Source: Adineta vaga (Eukaryota; Animalia; Rotifera). Taken from it: a stretch of 64,000 bases of DNA. The DNA is taken from the NCBI GenBank assembly GCA_021613535.1, contig CP075497.1:12772001-12836000 (forward strand), written 5' to 3'. Shown here in pieces: positions 11,723 through 25,515 of the stretch. Position 1 is the first letter of the stretch, and every line of letters starts with the position of its first letter. Under the pieces are notes generated by a model that searched no databases, had not been told where the DNA came from, and saw only the letters and a program-made list of their open reading frames with translations. The translations under genes were made by a program, and so were the position numbers.

Positions 11723-13355
11723 TTAAAAAAGTTGAAGATGGCCAGGACCGGATGAAATAACCGTAAATGCTCCTGTTTGGGCATGAGAATATGTTGTAAG
11801 GAGCAATGTATATGAACTACCAGCATTCAAATTATGCGATAATCTAAATTGATGATTACTATCATACGTATTAATAGATGAAATCAAGTACCAACTGAGA
11901 TTCATAGGATTAAATCCATCTTTATAGAGTACACCAAAAGTATTCATATAACTTTTACTTGTAAAAGTGTAGAGACCTGATGCATGCACTCTAATATTAA
12001 TTGCTTGATAGTATTGGTTAATTGTCCCGGGAACTACTGCACTGTACATTGTTAATGCATGTGAGTAATATGAAAGAATAGCAGCCGTTACAGATTCAGT
12101 GGTTGATATTGGTACGGTTGCATTCCAGGTTGGTGTTGATCCTGTTGCATTTGCTGTTTGAAATGCTGTTGTATTTGCTGTTTGAAATGCTGTTGTATTC
12201 CATGATGGAAACGCTGTTACATTCCATGTTTGAAATCCTGTCGCGTTCCATGACGGAGACCCTGTTGCGTTCCATGATGGAGATGCTGTTGCATTCCATG
12301 TTGGTGTCGACCCCGTTGCATTCCACGTTTGAAATCTTGTTGTATTCCATGATGGAGATGCTGTTGCATTCCATGTTGGTGTCGACCCCGTTGCATTCCA
12401 CGTTTGAAATCTTGTTGTATTCCATGATGGAGATGCTGTTGCATTCCATGATGGAAATCCTGTTGCGTTCCATGATGGAGATGCTGTTGCATTCCATGTT
12501 GGTGTCGACCCCGTTGCATTCCACGTTTGAAATCTTGTTGTATTCCATGATGGAGATGCTGTTGCATTCCATGTTGGTGTCGACCCCGTTGCATTCCACG
12601 TTTGAAATCTTGTTGTATTCCATGATGGAGATGCTGTTGCATTCCATGATGGAAATCCTGTTGCATTCCATGATGGAGATGCTGTTGCATTCCATGTTGG
12701 TGTCGACCCCGTTGCATTCCACGTTTGAAATCTTGTTGTATTCCATGATGGAGATGCTGTTGCATTCCATGACGGAGACCCTGTTGCGTTCCATGTTGGT
12801 GTTGATCCTGTTACATTTGCTGTTGTCATTGGTACTGCTCCTGTGGTTGTTGTGACGGAAGATACTAGAGAAAAGGTTCGTGTTTTTGATTATGGAACTA
12901 AATTACTCTCACTTGCTGATGATGATGGTGGACATAATCGATGGTCAATCATTGATAATGGATAACATAGAGGTTGTGAATTACATCTTGGATGATGAAC
13001 ACATACATGATCAGCTTTTTCACAAGTATCATCTGGTGATTGACATGGTTGTAATCGTGAACAACTCACACCAAGAATACCACAGATAGAAACATCATTA
13101 GAGATTGATAATTGTAAGCATCCACATCCACTATTTGATGAACATAAATCATACTGAGACTTACCGTGACATGTTTGACCATTAATATTTTCTATGAAGT
13201 ATATTATTAAATATATAAAAATGATATCGAAAGTAAATACAAACTTGTCAAACTAAAATGAATTGATAGTATAAAATTTAGTATACAAATAAGATATCTA
13301 TTTTAACTTACCTTAGAAGAATAAGGAGAGAACAAAGGATTGTTATTGAAGTCAT
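11723..13355 (-). CDS. Secreted protein: signal peptide, Cys-rich domain, W-N-x-T repeat stalk, C-terminal beta-sandwich-like domain; spliced
   Basis: ATG at 13355 (MTSITILCSLLILL). The exon at about 12915-13191 encodes CHGKSQYDLCSSNSGCGCLQ..CPP. An intron follows, then the repeat exon and YYQAINIRVHASGLYTFTSKS. Confidence 0.75.
12115..12820. repeat. Coding minisatellite of 24/27-bp units with higher-order structure
   Basis: gttgcattccatgatggagatgct-type units; explains the overlapping spurious ORFs in other frames. Confidence 0.95.
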
Positions 13356-14051
13356 ATGGTTAACGTTGTATGATTGAATTGAAAGAAAAAAATATACAAA
13401 AAAATTTTGTTCTTTTATAGTTTCAGTGGACAAATAAGAACCTTATTTTATTGATATCAATTTTTCGAATATCCTCATGAGTATAGTTTCAATTAAACGG
13501 TAATCAATATGGAATTAACAATATATTTTATTTGAAATACATGAAAAAAAAAGGATTAAGTGACAAACAACATGACACATTGATTGAAATATATTTATAG
13601 ACTGCTTGTCATGCTTACAAAGTGATGTTCGTGCAACGAAAAAAACTCGTACTCATCACAATAATTGATCGACATTATATATTGCTCTACAATGACTTAG
13701 AAGAGCCAGGTTAAATAGAATCATTATATCAATTCATATATGTTTGCCTCCAAATTTATTTTCATTTTTCTTTATTTTGAATTACACGTTAGCTTCAAAA
13801 TACATTGATGAAATGATTTTATGCTCATTTAAAAGATACTTTATACATTAAATTCATTCGTATCTTAATAATGTATAGACAGGTCTCTTAAATATTTATT
13901 AAATTCGCATTCACATCATTCAAATGAGGGAAGCTCATTATACAGTGCGATCGGATCGAGCTATTAATTAACATTAACTGATGTTGCACCAATTATTTTG
14001 TATTTGGCATTTTGGTTCAGCAGAAAGTATACTATTAACTTTATTTTGTAT

Positions 14052-14354
14052 TTAATTTGCAAAAATTTCATTGAATTCTTTCTTTGAAGGCATATATTCT
14101 ACGTTAAAATATCGCGCATAAAGCTTTCGCGTCCAAAACAGACGATGACAAGCAGCATAATGATCAACAATACTATGCATTGAACGAACGGATAATTCTT
14201 CATCAAATTTGAATATTTGTGTATTATATTTATAATCAAGTGTCCAGTCCGATTCTTGTTCAACATTATTACATAATACACATATTGGTAAATCAAACCC
14301 ATATGTCAATGGGTTAGTAAACATTTTCGGAAAGTTATTCAAAATGGATGGCAT
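14052..14354 (-). CDS. Hypothetical protein or fragment (CxxC...HxxxC)
   Basis: 100-aa ATG ORF with coding-like composition; no family recognised. Confidence 0.3.
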   Translation of the reverse strand: MPSILNNFPKMFTNPLTYGFDLPICVLCNNVEQESDWTLDYKYNTQIFKFDEELSVRSMHSIVDHYAACHRLFWTRKLYARYFNVEYMPSKKEFNEIFAN

Positions 14355-16849
14355 AATTAATCTTTCCAGTGCATCTGATGTAATGACAAACGATTCGTTT
14401 ATCCTGATTCTGGTGGAAACATTAAAAACAGTCGGTAATGTTTGAAAATGCTTCTGATAGAAATGGTACAGAAGTAATAGTCATAGACAAAGTATATAAT
14501 GGATGAAAGAGATCTTAGAATATTACTGGTTCTGCCTTTGTGAAGTTTCACTTTCAAGATCAAATATAAATGAAAAGACATTTTCTAAATTTTCATCTTC
14601 TCTATACGTAGAAATGAATCATCTTGAAACAATCAATATGTATTTAAGATCTTCTAATTTCTCTTTATCATAATCTTTTCTTTCGGGCGATAACATTTAG
14701 TAATGCTTACTTTTGACATACGTCGATGAACTGGGGAGTTTTCTAATCCGACACGGCTCGCTAATAACATGACTATCTTGAATTTTCATATCACTTCATT
14801 GTAGATCGTTATAGTATTAGACGACTATTTAATATAAATCTTTTGACTAAAAGATGGGACTCTTGTTCTATTATAGATTCGTAGTGGGGTACTATCAACT
14901 GTTTTGAATGCACTAAGCAAAAATCAGATGGAACAATTGTAATAAAGAACGCAATTGAATGAAAACACTGTTTATCTTATATATCGTTTAGTATTCTGTT
15001 GAATCAAGCATACAGTGAGAGATTGTGTCGATGAAATAGTGTACCTTTACCTATTCGATAAGTGATATTGAACTATCTTCGACAGAAATGGAAGCCATAA
15101 TTTTTGGTCTATTTATAGTTGTCATGTTCTTACCATTGGAGATATTTGGTTTAAGCGCATCAATTTGTTCAAAAAATTCGTTTTTCTCTCAACTTACGAA
15201 TTGAGTGTATTGACTTATTTTTATTAGTGCAATCAAATATGTTAAGAATAATTATAATTATCAGTGGAAAAAACTTATTTCAATGCGAAGCAGATAACAA
15301 ATAAAAAATTTTACTTTTGTACTACGGATATTCAATACAAGCATTTATAGTATGCATAGTCATCTTGGAAAAAACTTTTTATTCAACAACGATCGATTGA
15401 AACATGTGAGACGTATCAAAAATTACTCGTAAACGAATCGTTTTTTGAGAAAACTTGTTCAATCAGATCGACTAGAAAATATATACATGCCAACCAACTT
15501 TTTAATCCATTTTATGCATTTTTATTCAATGTATGAGATATACTCTAACAAATGCTTTGCAATGGCATCAAATAACTGTATTTACTCTAAAAATAATTCT
15601 TTCTCTTAAATATAAATGATAATGTAGCGTAGGATAATCAAAATATTGGATTCATTTATGCAGACGATCTCGTCTTTTTGTACTAATTTCATTTACTAGT
15701 ATATGTACGAGTGTGTTCGTTATTTATTTATTAATTTATTCTAATTACATTTTTCAAAGCTTTAATATCAGCATAACTTATTTTAACAGTTCAAACATTT
15801 GTTATAGATTCTTCTTATTCCATTGCTTTTAGCATAAGGATGGCTTTATACTTCATTGTATGTTATTTCATAGTTCGCTTCTTGAAGTTTATTCGATATA
15901 TCTGTTCAATTGCTTCAAAGTAAAAAATAAATTATGCAATTAATCTCTTGATCAGTCGTGTGTTGACGATTTCTTAATCAATACTATAATAGACTTTGGT
16001 TGCTGGATCAATAGTATATACGAGCGATTTTAAATGGCCTCTCAATTCTTGGATAATCTCTCTTCTTTAAATAAGGCGAACGAATTTTCAGATGATGGCT
16101 TAGAACTAAAGATCTTTTACAGAAGGTGGGACCGAAAAACTCTGTCCCGTTGGCCTCGGCATTATTACGTCATTCACCGGTGAGCAATAAAACTTTACAT
16201 TTGTACTATACTGATTATGTTAATTAATCAACAGAATCATTTATTTCAGCATTCGTTGATAAACACGAAGACCGTATGAGGAAAGTAACAGAATTCTCTT
16301 CTTGACTTTTTCTTTTGTGTCTTTGATGTTTTCATCTAAATAACAAATCCACTCACACCTTCAGGGTAGTTTCAGAAGAATATTAATTTTTGTCCTAATT
16401 ATGTGAAAAAACAACAAAGTAAATGTTTGATTATGAGCCATCTGCATTCTCTTATCATCTAAGAATTACCTTCTCTACTAAAACAATGTTTAAAAAAGTT
16501 TGTGTAATCTCATCAAATTATTTTCCGAGCAAAAAGAATAGAATTTATATAAATATTCAATAAACCATTGACAACAAGCAAACAAAAATGCAATACAACG
16601 TACAACATAAAGAAAGAATTGGCAGCGATTTCAATGATAGATGCACAGTAACATATAGACAGTGGATTAAGACAAACAACTTTTTTTTATAAAACTCAGC
16701 AATCGAATTCGATATGTTCGTAAAATCGCTATCTAATATGCATGCCATTAACCCTAATAACATTTAAAGTCATTTTGTTTTCTTTCTGTCGAAGTCTGAC
16801 TGTTGAATTTGTTATATGATTTTATTGGCTGCTCGAATTGTATAATATT

Positions 16850-18312
16850 CTATGGAATCCGATGTCGAATTGATAAACCTATGTAGTTTGCGTTTGGTCC
16901 AACAGTTACCGTAAATTGATTTTGCGTCCTTGGTCGCCATTTAAATAATTTCATAAGCTCACGTCGAAATAGTTGACTTGATAAAATGAACAGATAGAAA
17001 CTCAAGCATGGACCAGTCAAAGCTACATAGGAAAAAACATTCAGAAGTAGGTTATCGGTTGCTTTTTTGAGAGCATCATCTGTAGATTTTGCTGTTAATG
17101 TGATGTAGAGATTTATGCTTGGTAGAATTGCTGCTGTCGAACCAAATACAGAAGCTTGAACAAGCATCATTTTTATTAATTGAGTATCTGTTTTTCTCTG
17201 ATTTCCAGTGTTTTGAGGTAATATTCTTCTTCTACCCTGACGAACATGTCGAATAGTCAACGAACCAAAAACAAACATGCCCAAAGTTGGCAACCAACTC
17301 CACAAAATCAAATTACAAAAGTTTCGAAATACATCACTGGCACCAGGCATAACAACACAACTTTTTTGTGGCAACTGAACTGCAAACAGAATCGGCAGAT
17401 GAATATAAATAAGAGAAATAAACAAGACTACTAATAAAATAGCACGAGAAGCAACACGAATACTGCTCCAACTACGAAGAGTTGTAGATGAAGAACTGCA
17501 GAGAAATCTATAGTAAATGAAATCGAGTTATTAAAGAATTTAATTCATTCAGCATTTTCGAATCGACATTTTTGTCTTAAACAAATCTCTGTATATAATG
17601 TCAGAAGCTATTCTCTAAAGATAATTTACATGATATTCAACGTAAATCTGTTTGAAATTTTAAGTAAGAACTCGATATACATAGGAGGTAGCTATTGAAT
17701 CAGTTCACTGTCAACATATAGTATATTTCTCACGTCGAAGCTTACATAAAGTGTGTCTATTATCAGCGAATAAAACTAATCAACCAAAAATGTTGACTTT
17801 TCAGAGTAAAGAGAGAGATATTTTTCAAAACTGATTACATTTTTATGAGTTTCAAATTGTGAGAAAGTGATAGTTGGTTCATATTGATAAAACAAATACT
17901 TACCGATCGATAGAAGCCAGAAGAACAAACCAGGAAGGAAGAACTCTAAAGCAAATAACTGCTCTCTTTCTACTTTTGATGGTAGTTCAAATTACCTTGC
18001 ACATCCAAAAATATACGTAAGAATTTTGCACATCGGATCTGAAGTGACGAACACATCAACAATAAAGCTAACTTGAAGAAAGCGTAACGGAACCGTACCA
18101 CAGACAATAACATAACCACCAATGGTCAATGCCAAAAAATAAAGAATACATGGATTCCAAAAAAGCGTACGACGTGTAAACACATAAATGCTCAATGAAT
18201 GACCTATTATACCAAAGCTGAATAGAAATATACTCCAGTAAATAGAAAACCTATTTTGAATTTGTTTGACGATATTAACAGCATCTGACATACTTGTGTT
18301 GGATGAAGACAT
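16850..18312 (-). CDS. Rhodopsin-like (class A) GPCR, 3 exons (18312-17996, 17945-17904, 17507-16850)
   Basis: Phase-compatible GT-AG junctions reconstruct GIIGH..NPC..C..ASIDRFLCS..FYLFILSSQLFRREL with 7 TM segments. Confidence 0.9.
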
Positions 18313-18446
18313 TATACTAAAAGATTCAAATAATGGTTATGACAATACTCTTCACTCATTCATATGTCAAACATGATTAGAATATTCCGAGGAAATTTTT
18401 TTTTAGTTTCATGTATTGTTCGCGCCACCTGTTCTCAACTAAGAAT

Positions 18447-18642
18447 TAGATCATATCATGGCAATACTACTTCTGCAGTTGATGTGATAATCCACGTTTT
18501 CCTGAACTATCATTTCCGTTGATTTTTCTTCGTAAGAACTTTTGTATGGTGTATACTCATATCAGATATGAAGTGAAGAATTCTGAGTGTTCTGTGGGTC
18601 GATGGACAATGAATAGAAGTAGTATTGATAAGATATGATCTA
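18447..18642. mobile_element. MITE-like element with 28-bp terminal inverted repeats
   Basis: tagatcatatcatggcaatactacttct / agaagtagtattgataagatatgatcta match 25 of 28; TA at both ends. Confidence 0.7.
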
Positions 18643-21600
18643 TCTGAACAGTCTATTGCTCTTTAGAAACAATTATTTTTTATTTCCGTCTCTTTTCCTA
18701 TAAATCTTGAAAATAACGACGCAATGGCATCTAAAGGGCTGACTTATTTAAGTAGGTTACCTCGTAAATGAAGAAAAAACTGCTCTTGAACGTAGATTGT
18801 TTAGTTACCGTCATTTACTAGTTATCGTTTCATCGCTTAATCGGTTTGAAGGATTATCACGACACTACTTCGCTACTAAAATTGATTTCTTAGGTTTAAT
18901 CTTAATGATAAGCTGATATTGTTGTGTGGCAGTTTGTCAGTTAAGAGCATTAGAAGAAAAAATGTCGAAATCTATTTTAGATATCGCAGTGCACACGAAA
19001 CATTCTAATCTTCATATTACATTATTTTTTAAAGAGTGAGAAGACTGTTTCCTACTTTTGATTTGCGTCAGTTTTATTTCATTTGAATCCTTTCTATTAC
19101 AAAAACAAAATATGTAGAAGAAAGCGACGAGAAGCTGCTAGCGATTTGTCTGATTTTTTGATAGTGTTTTTGACGTATACAGTCATTATGTTCGTGTCAT
19201 CGTTTGATCATAGCATTTCTTATGCTTGGCATCCTACTCTTCCTCTTTTCTTTGAGTTTATTCTAAATTTGTTTTGTTGACGTCACTACTTCGCATTTGT
19301 TACAGACATATATTTGATGATGTTTAAGTTGTTGCATAAAAACTGCATCAAGAAAATATTTTCTGTCAAAAAAGAGGAAATGAAGAAAATGAAAAAAAGG
19401 GAAGCCATAGAGTATTATGCAGGTCCTTATTAGAAAAGGTATCAACACTATGAGAAAACATAATTAAAGAGTGTCATAAACTATTTTCATATAAAAGAAA
19501 AGTTGTGTCAAGCTTTTGACGGAAGTAATTTTTTAATAAATTTTCATTTTGCTTCACAATACTGCTTTCCTATTAGGTGTCGTAGAGTCTAATTCAAGAT
19601 GTTCACAGTGCAACCAATATTTAGTATTTCATGAACGATTATTAGTAATGTTTCCTAGCTACTTATTTCGCTTATTAAGAACACATCTGAATATTTCTGG
19701 ATGAGACATAACGAAATGTTTGCCTATACTCAGTTATAAAAATCTAAAAATAACACATAATGTGTGTTACAAAATACAGCTGTTCTTCAAAGAACTAAGT
19801 AATTTGATGAAGAATGATTTGACAAAATTCATATACTAAAGAAATCTTGATGAAATCCGAAATAAATCGTCATACTTAACTGAGACCTTAAATAAAAACT
19901 TGATAGTATCATTTCAAATTTCTTCATGAAATGAACATAAGTCAAACAAGTAGTCAACGAGTTTTTCTAAATGATTTTGAAGTATCTATCCTATAAATAT
20001 TGAAGTAAATTCAAACGCAAACCAGATGTTGTTGAAAGAAGAGAAAAACTGAATATTCTGTTTTGTAGTGACAAGATGTTCAATATTTATGTGCTTTACA
20101 AATCCTAAAATGATCGAATTTGTGATATATGCCTATAGGAAGAAGATATGTTTAATAATCGTTGACTTGGAACTTGTAATAAAATAAAATTCAATGCCCT
20201 CTAAGTTTTCTTTTTATAAATAAAAGATTATTTATTCATTTTCTGAATTAAAATGTTAAAGTACATACTGATGACATCAAGTTTCTTCGATAAAATAAAG
20301 TAGCAAATAGGATTTACTAATTATTTGAGATTATTGACTTTTGTTTGAGTCCTATAAATAAAAAGTAATTTGAATAATGAAATGATGAACTTCATAATCA
20401 TCATTTACGTCAATCTGTTGTTCATCAAGAAATATATGAAATATAAAGAATCAACAGATAATATTCAAGAAGTAATAACAGAATATCAGTGTCTTCTTTA
20501 ATATAACGAATCTTTATAAGAGGAATGTTTACAACAATATACTTTTTATCGTTTTTAATTTCGAATAATGATGCGCTTTGTATGTGAATTGAGATGAAAT
20601 AAAAATATTGAAGCTAATGAAAAATTATATTTGAATTTATTCGTAAAATTCCTTGTTTATCCCCGACAACCTTAGATCGTTTAAGTCTTCCAATGCCAAA
20701 TTATTTTTTCTGATTCATTTGTGTAATATTCTTTTAGTTTGAGGTACGTACTTCTATGTGTTTCAAGAATACGAGCATTACCAAATTTCGAGAAATAATG
20801 AATGAGATCGACTAAACAATGGTGTTTTGCATTTAAACTTTTAATGGCAAGATACAATGTGAGAAACTGTGCAATCTATCAAATAAAGCTTCGTTTAATT
20901 GTGTACTTTTTTTCTTTTTCGAAAAAATAAAAGTCCTATGCGACGAATGGTCGACTGTGTGAAAAGATCAGTTTTGTTTTTATACGAGTAATTTCTTGAG
21001 TATACAATGGCTTGTTTTTTTCATCCATAGTATTCTACCTATTTCATAACTATCAGAAAAGAGTCGCTGAAATTTCTACTAGTATTTTTATAAGAGGAAG
21101 AAAAAAAATCTTTATGATAGATAGCAAAATCGATCGAAACATATCCATTCGAATAAATATTTCAAAATGTGATTATCACCTTATGAGGAAGGGAAATATT
21201 TATCAATGAGCTGCATTAAGTCTATGATTTATTTGTGATTGAAAATGAATCTTTTCAAAGGTTGAATTCCTTCTCGCACAAATCCGGACAAGAAAAATTA
21301 CAGATTCTTGACGGAATACTCATCAGTAAACTCGTAAAATGATTTTTTTTGGCAAATGAGTCTCTTTTCATCGAAGTAAATTAATTTACAAAACATGAAG
21401 CCTGAAAAAATATTATTTATAGCGAGATTCTTTTTTCAACGAACGTACTTATTCAATTTCATGAACTTCTTGTCTATTCATATGTTTCGGCTAAACTTTA
21501 GAAGAGAAATATTCGATAACTATTCTTATTCAGTCAATTTTTTCTTTATTTATCTATATGGGGATACAAGTAAAGAAAAAACAGATTCTCACTTTTATGG

Positions 21601-21936
21601 ACTCAACAAAAAAAAGAATAATGAAAAAGAGGCAGAGTGAGATGTGTCGGCAGTACTCTGACAGTATATTGTTGATACGAAAGAAAGAAAAACTTCATAA
21701 TAAAAGCAAAGAACACACACATGCATGCAAATACAGTATAATTTTTTTATTTAGTATTTTTTTCTATTGTTGGAAACTTCCAAGTTAAATATTTGTAGTA
21801 GTTTTTCATTTGATCTATATGGGTACTTCACATGAGACTACACTGTCAGTCGAGTATTTTCAAATATAGTATGACTTGATAATCGTATAGATGACATTGT
21901 AAATTCTACTTCACAGACAACAAATATTTCAAGTCA

Positions 21937-23736
21937 ATGACAAATGAAAAATTAGACGATATAAATACAATGAAACAGACAACTATGATTTCGAAACAAG
22001 TAAATGAACATGATCATGCCGATGTTGAACAAATACAAGACATTCTTATCGTGTGGTTGGACAATTCCATTCACAGTAATAATCGAGACTATCATAATAC
22101 AATTACACAACTTCAACAAGTTGTTCACGATATTCATACATTCACTGATAATGATCAATGTATAGAATTCATTCTCAACACCATCGACACAAAAGTACAT
22201 ATGATTGTTTCAGGATCAATTGGACAAGATATCGTGCCGTGCATACATGATATCTCACAAATTGATTCTATTTTCATCTTCTGTGGTAATAAAAATCAAC
22301 ATGAACAATGGGTGAAACCATGGTTCAAAATAAAAGGTGTTTTTATAGATATCACACATATCCGTCAACAATTACAACAAATAACTCGTGAATATGAACA
22401 AAATACCATGCCAATAACTTTTATGGCATCTGGAAAACGATTGGATCAATTAGATCCATCATTTATGTACACACAAATCATCAAAGAAATACTATTCACC
22501 ATCACATTCGAAAATAAACACATCAAAGAATTTGTCGACTATTATTGCGAAGCATTTGTTCACAATGAAATCGATCGGAAGAAATTTAAGCAACTAGAAT
22601 ATGAATATCACCGGAAGACAGCTAATTGGTGGTATACAACAGAGAGATTTTTGTATGGAATGTTGAATCGTGCTTTACGAGTGATGGACGGTGAGGTGAT
22701 CGCATTGATGGGTTTTTTCATCAGTGATCTTCATCGACATATTGAAGAACTGCACAAACAACAATTTCAAGACACTTCTACCGCTGAAATCTTTACAGTT
22801 TATCGTAGTCAAGGTATGACGAAGAGAGATTTTGATGACATGGTCAAATCGAAAGGTGGACTAATGTCATTCCATAATTTCCTATCAACAAGCAATGATC
22901 GCAAGGTCGCCTTGTCTTATGCCGAAAGTAATAGTGAGAAATCTGGCCTCCTCGGTATTCTATTCGCGATGGAAATTGATCTTATTCAATCGACAACACC
23001 ATATGCTTCAGTTGGAGACATCAGTAGTTTTAAAGAAGAAAACGAAATTCTGTTTTCGATGCATACTGTGTTTCGCATAGATGATATCATTGCAATGAAT
23101 GGCAATGAACGACTGTATGAGGTGAACTTATCACTGACTAGTGATAATGATCAAGATTTAAGTGTGCTTACTATGCAAATTCGAAAAGAGAGTTTTCCGG
23201 ATTGTAGAGGATGGTATAGAATGGCTTCGGTTCTAGCTACTATAGGACAATCTGACACTGCTGAGCGAATATGTGAAGTTCTACATGCCCACACAATGAA
23301 CGAGAGTGACAACACATCCATTTATAATCAACTTGGTTCAATTAAATATCAGCAAGGAGAATATGATGAGGCCATAAAACTTTATAAAAAATCTCTTAAA
23401 ATTCAACACAAATCACTGCCTTCTAATCATCCTCATGTAGCTTCATCCTACAACAACATCGGTACAGTGTATTCTGACATGGGTGATTATCCAAAAGCAT
23501 TTGTATCATATGAGCAAGCTCTCAAAATTCGACAACAATCACTGCCTTCTAACCATCCAGATGTGGCTTCATCTTACAACAACATCGGTGCAGTGTATTC
23601 CAAAATGAGTGATTATTTGAATGGTTGTTCATTTTTCGAATATGCTCTCTAAATTGGACAACAAGTACTACCATCGAGCCGTCCTCACCTACATCTCTAT
23701 AAAACAAACTATGAAAATGCGAGAAAGAAATTGTAA
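21937..23736 (+). CDS. R-S-E-type ADP-ribosyltransferase domain + TPR repeat protein; premature TAA at 23650 removes the last 28 codons or so
   Basis: WWYT..YGMLNRALR, VYRSQ, FLSTS, EENEILF; TPRs with LPSNHP(D/H)VASSYNNIG. The frame continues after the stop (IGQQVLPSSRP..KKL*, ending 23736). Confidence 0.9.
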
Positions 23737-23921
23737 TTTGTGCGTATTTTCTTTCCAGAAGGAGAGAAAAATATGAATGAAATGGCTGACAACAACATAT
23801 CGAAATCGTTGCTGGAGATTATTAGTAAAGCACAAGTTTAGATTTCCTAAGATGTTTTCTATATTGATAAATCCATATCAGTACGTTATGGAATCGAATT
23901 GTAAAGCTTACAAAACATATC

Positions 23922-23980
23922 TGAGGGTGTAGGTGTGAGTGTTTTGATTAAACGTATATCGTCACCCTCACCCACACTCA
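23922..23980. repeat. Inverted telomere-like hexamer motif
   Basis: TGAGGG TGTAGG TGTGAG TG-N21-CA CCCTCA CCCACA CTCA. Confidence 0.85.
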
Positions 23981-25515
23981 AAAAACGTTTTGTGACAGTT
24001 TTTATTTCATAAAAGAATTAATTATACTACAACTACGTTTTTTAAATTAAAATCCTATTTACATGCAATAGCAGACTATTATGACTAGTTTCAGTAATAC
24101 AACATAGTTTTTAGTTAATGTTAAGCCATTCAGTCGTGAGTTAAGCGAATCAATCTCAACAGGTTTTATTTATTCTTTTATTCTGCAGAAAGTATGAGTA
24201 ATCTTGAATAAGAAAAAGACGAACAGATCTTATCTCTCTGTTTTCTTTGAACACTTCTTGATTGAAATTCTTCGATGTAACCTTAGTTATATCGTACAGG
24301 CTTGTTCAACATGTTTGTTTGATTGCTTCTTCAATACAATTACGCTCTTTTAAAATTTTACTCATTTCTATATGACTTCTGACAAGTGCTGGATGATTAG
24401 AAGGAAGAGAACGAAGCTGAATATTTAAACACTTTTGATAATATTCTAATGATTCATCATAATGCTTTTCCCTATAATGAACACTACCAATATTGAAATA
24501 AATCTTAGCCATATCTGGATGTGTTGATGGTAATTTTCCTTCAATTACACACTTTAATGCGTCGTCAAGGTTCTTTAATGCTTTGTCATAATGATCGTTG
24601 TCTCGAAATAGTAAAGCCACCTCATTGTAATAAAATTCAAGTTTTATTTTATCAATTGTAGATGCAATCAAAGCAAGTTTAATAGCTTCTTCGTAATAAG
24701 AAAGTGCGCTATCGAAATCCTTTTCACGATAAAATAAACGAGCAATCCCTGCATATGTTGGTGCTAATCGATGACGTTCATCTTCGGTTAAGTCAGACAT
24801 AAGCTCGAGCACTTCTTCATAGTGATCGCGAGCTTCGTCCGGAAATTTGAGTTTGTCGGCAATATAACATAATATATAGTGGATCTAATCGCTGCATCAG
24901 AGTTGGTCCAGACACTTCTTGTGTTATATATTCAGTCAACTCTCTCAATTGTGGATCATCATCATCTGTTAATGAAAGACGAATATATTGAATTCCCATC
25001 AACTATAGGATCAATAGCATCCACACGACAGATTGCTTACATACTAAATAGAACTTCTTTTTCTTCAGGAAATGTGCTAAAATCTTCTATGGAAGCAAGC
25101 CGATGAATTGCTACTATTGGATCGATGTGTATTTCAAAGACAACTGGTGTATAATCTGCTCTAGAGCTGCAACTTTCGGCAAACATTATGGCCACTTGAC
25201 GATCAGAAGTTGTTTAAAGAAAACTATTAAAATAAAATAAACTTCCAATGACAAGACGATTCCACATTCGGTATTATGTAATCTAAAAGAAAAGATGATA
25301 ACATCACATTTGAAATGAATGAGAAACGAATGAACTTACGCTTGACCACGATAAACAATTATTTTTTCTCGATCGCTTATTTCAGAATCCCAATAAAGTT
25401 CTTCAAGTTCCCAACAAAGATCATGAATAAAAAATCCCATTAAGAGAAGAATTTCAATATCCATATGTCGAAGTGCTTCATTAAGTAATCCGAAAAGAGA
25501 CGAAGGTGATGTATA

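Noticed and set aside
12096-12855. Three overlapping ORFs (12096-12794, 12103-12855, 12217-12765)
   Set aside because: Stop-free alternative frames of the coding minisatellite; only the WNAT frame connects to the flanking exons.
19600-21800. Short ORFs and coding-like patches between the GPCR and ART-TPR genes
   Set aside because: No recognisable motifs or consistent frame; cannot support a gene call.
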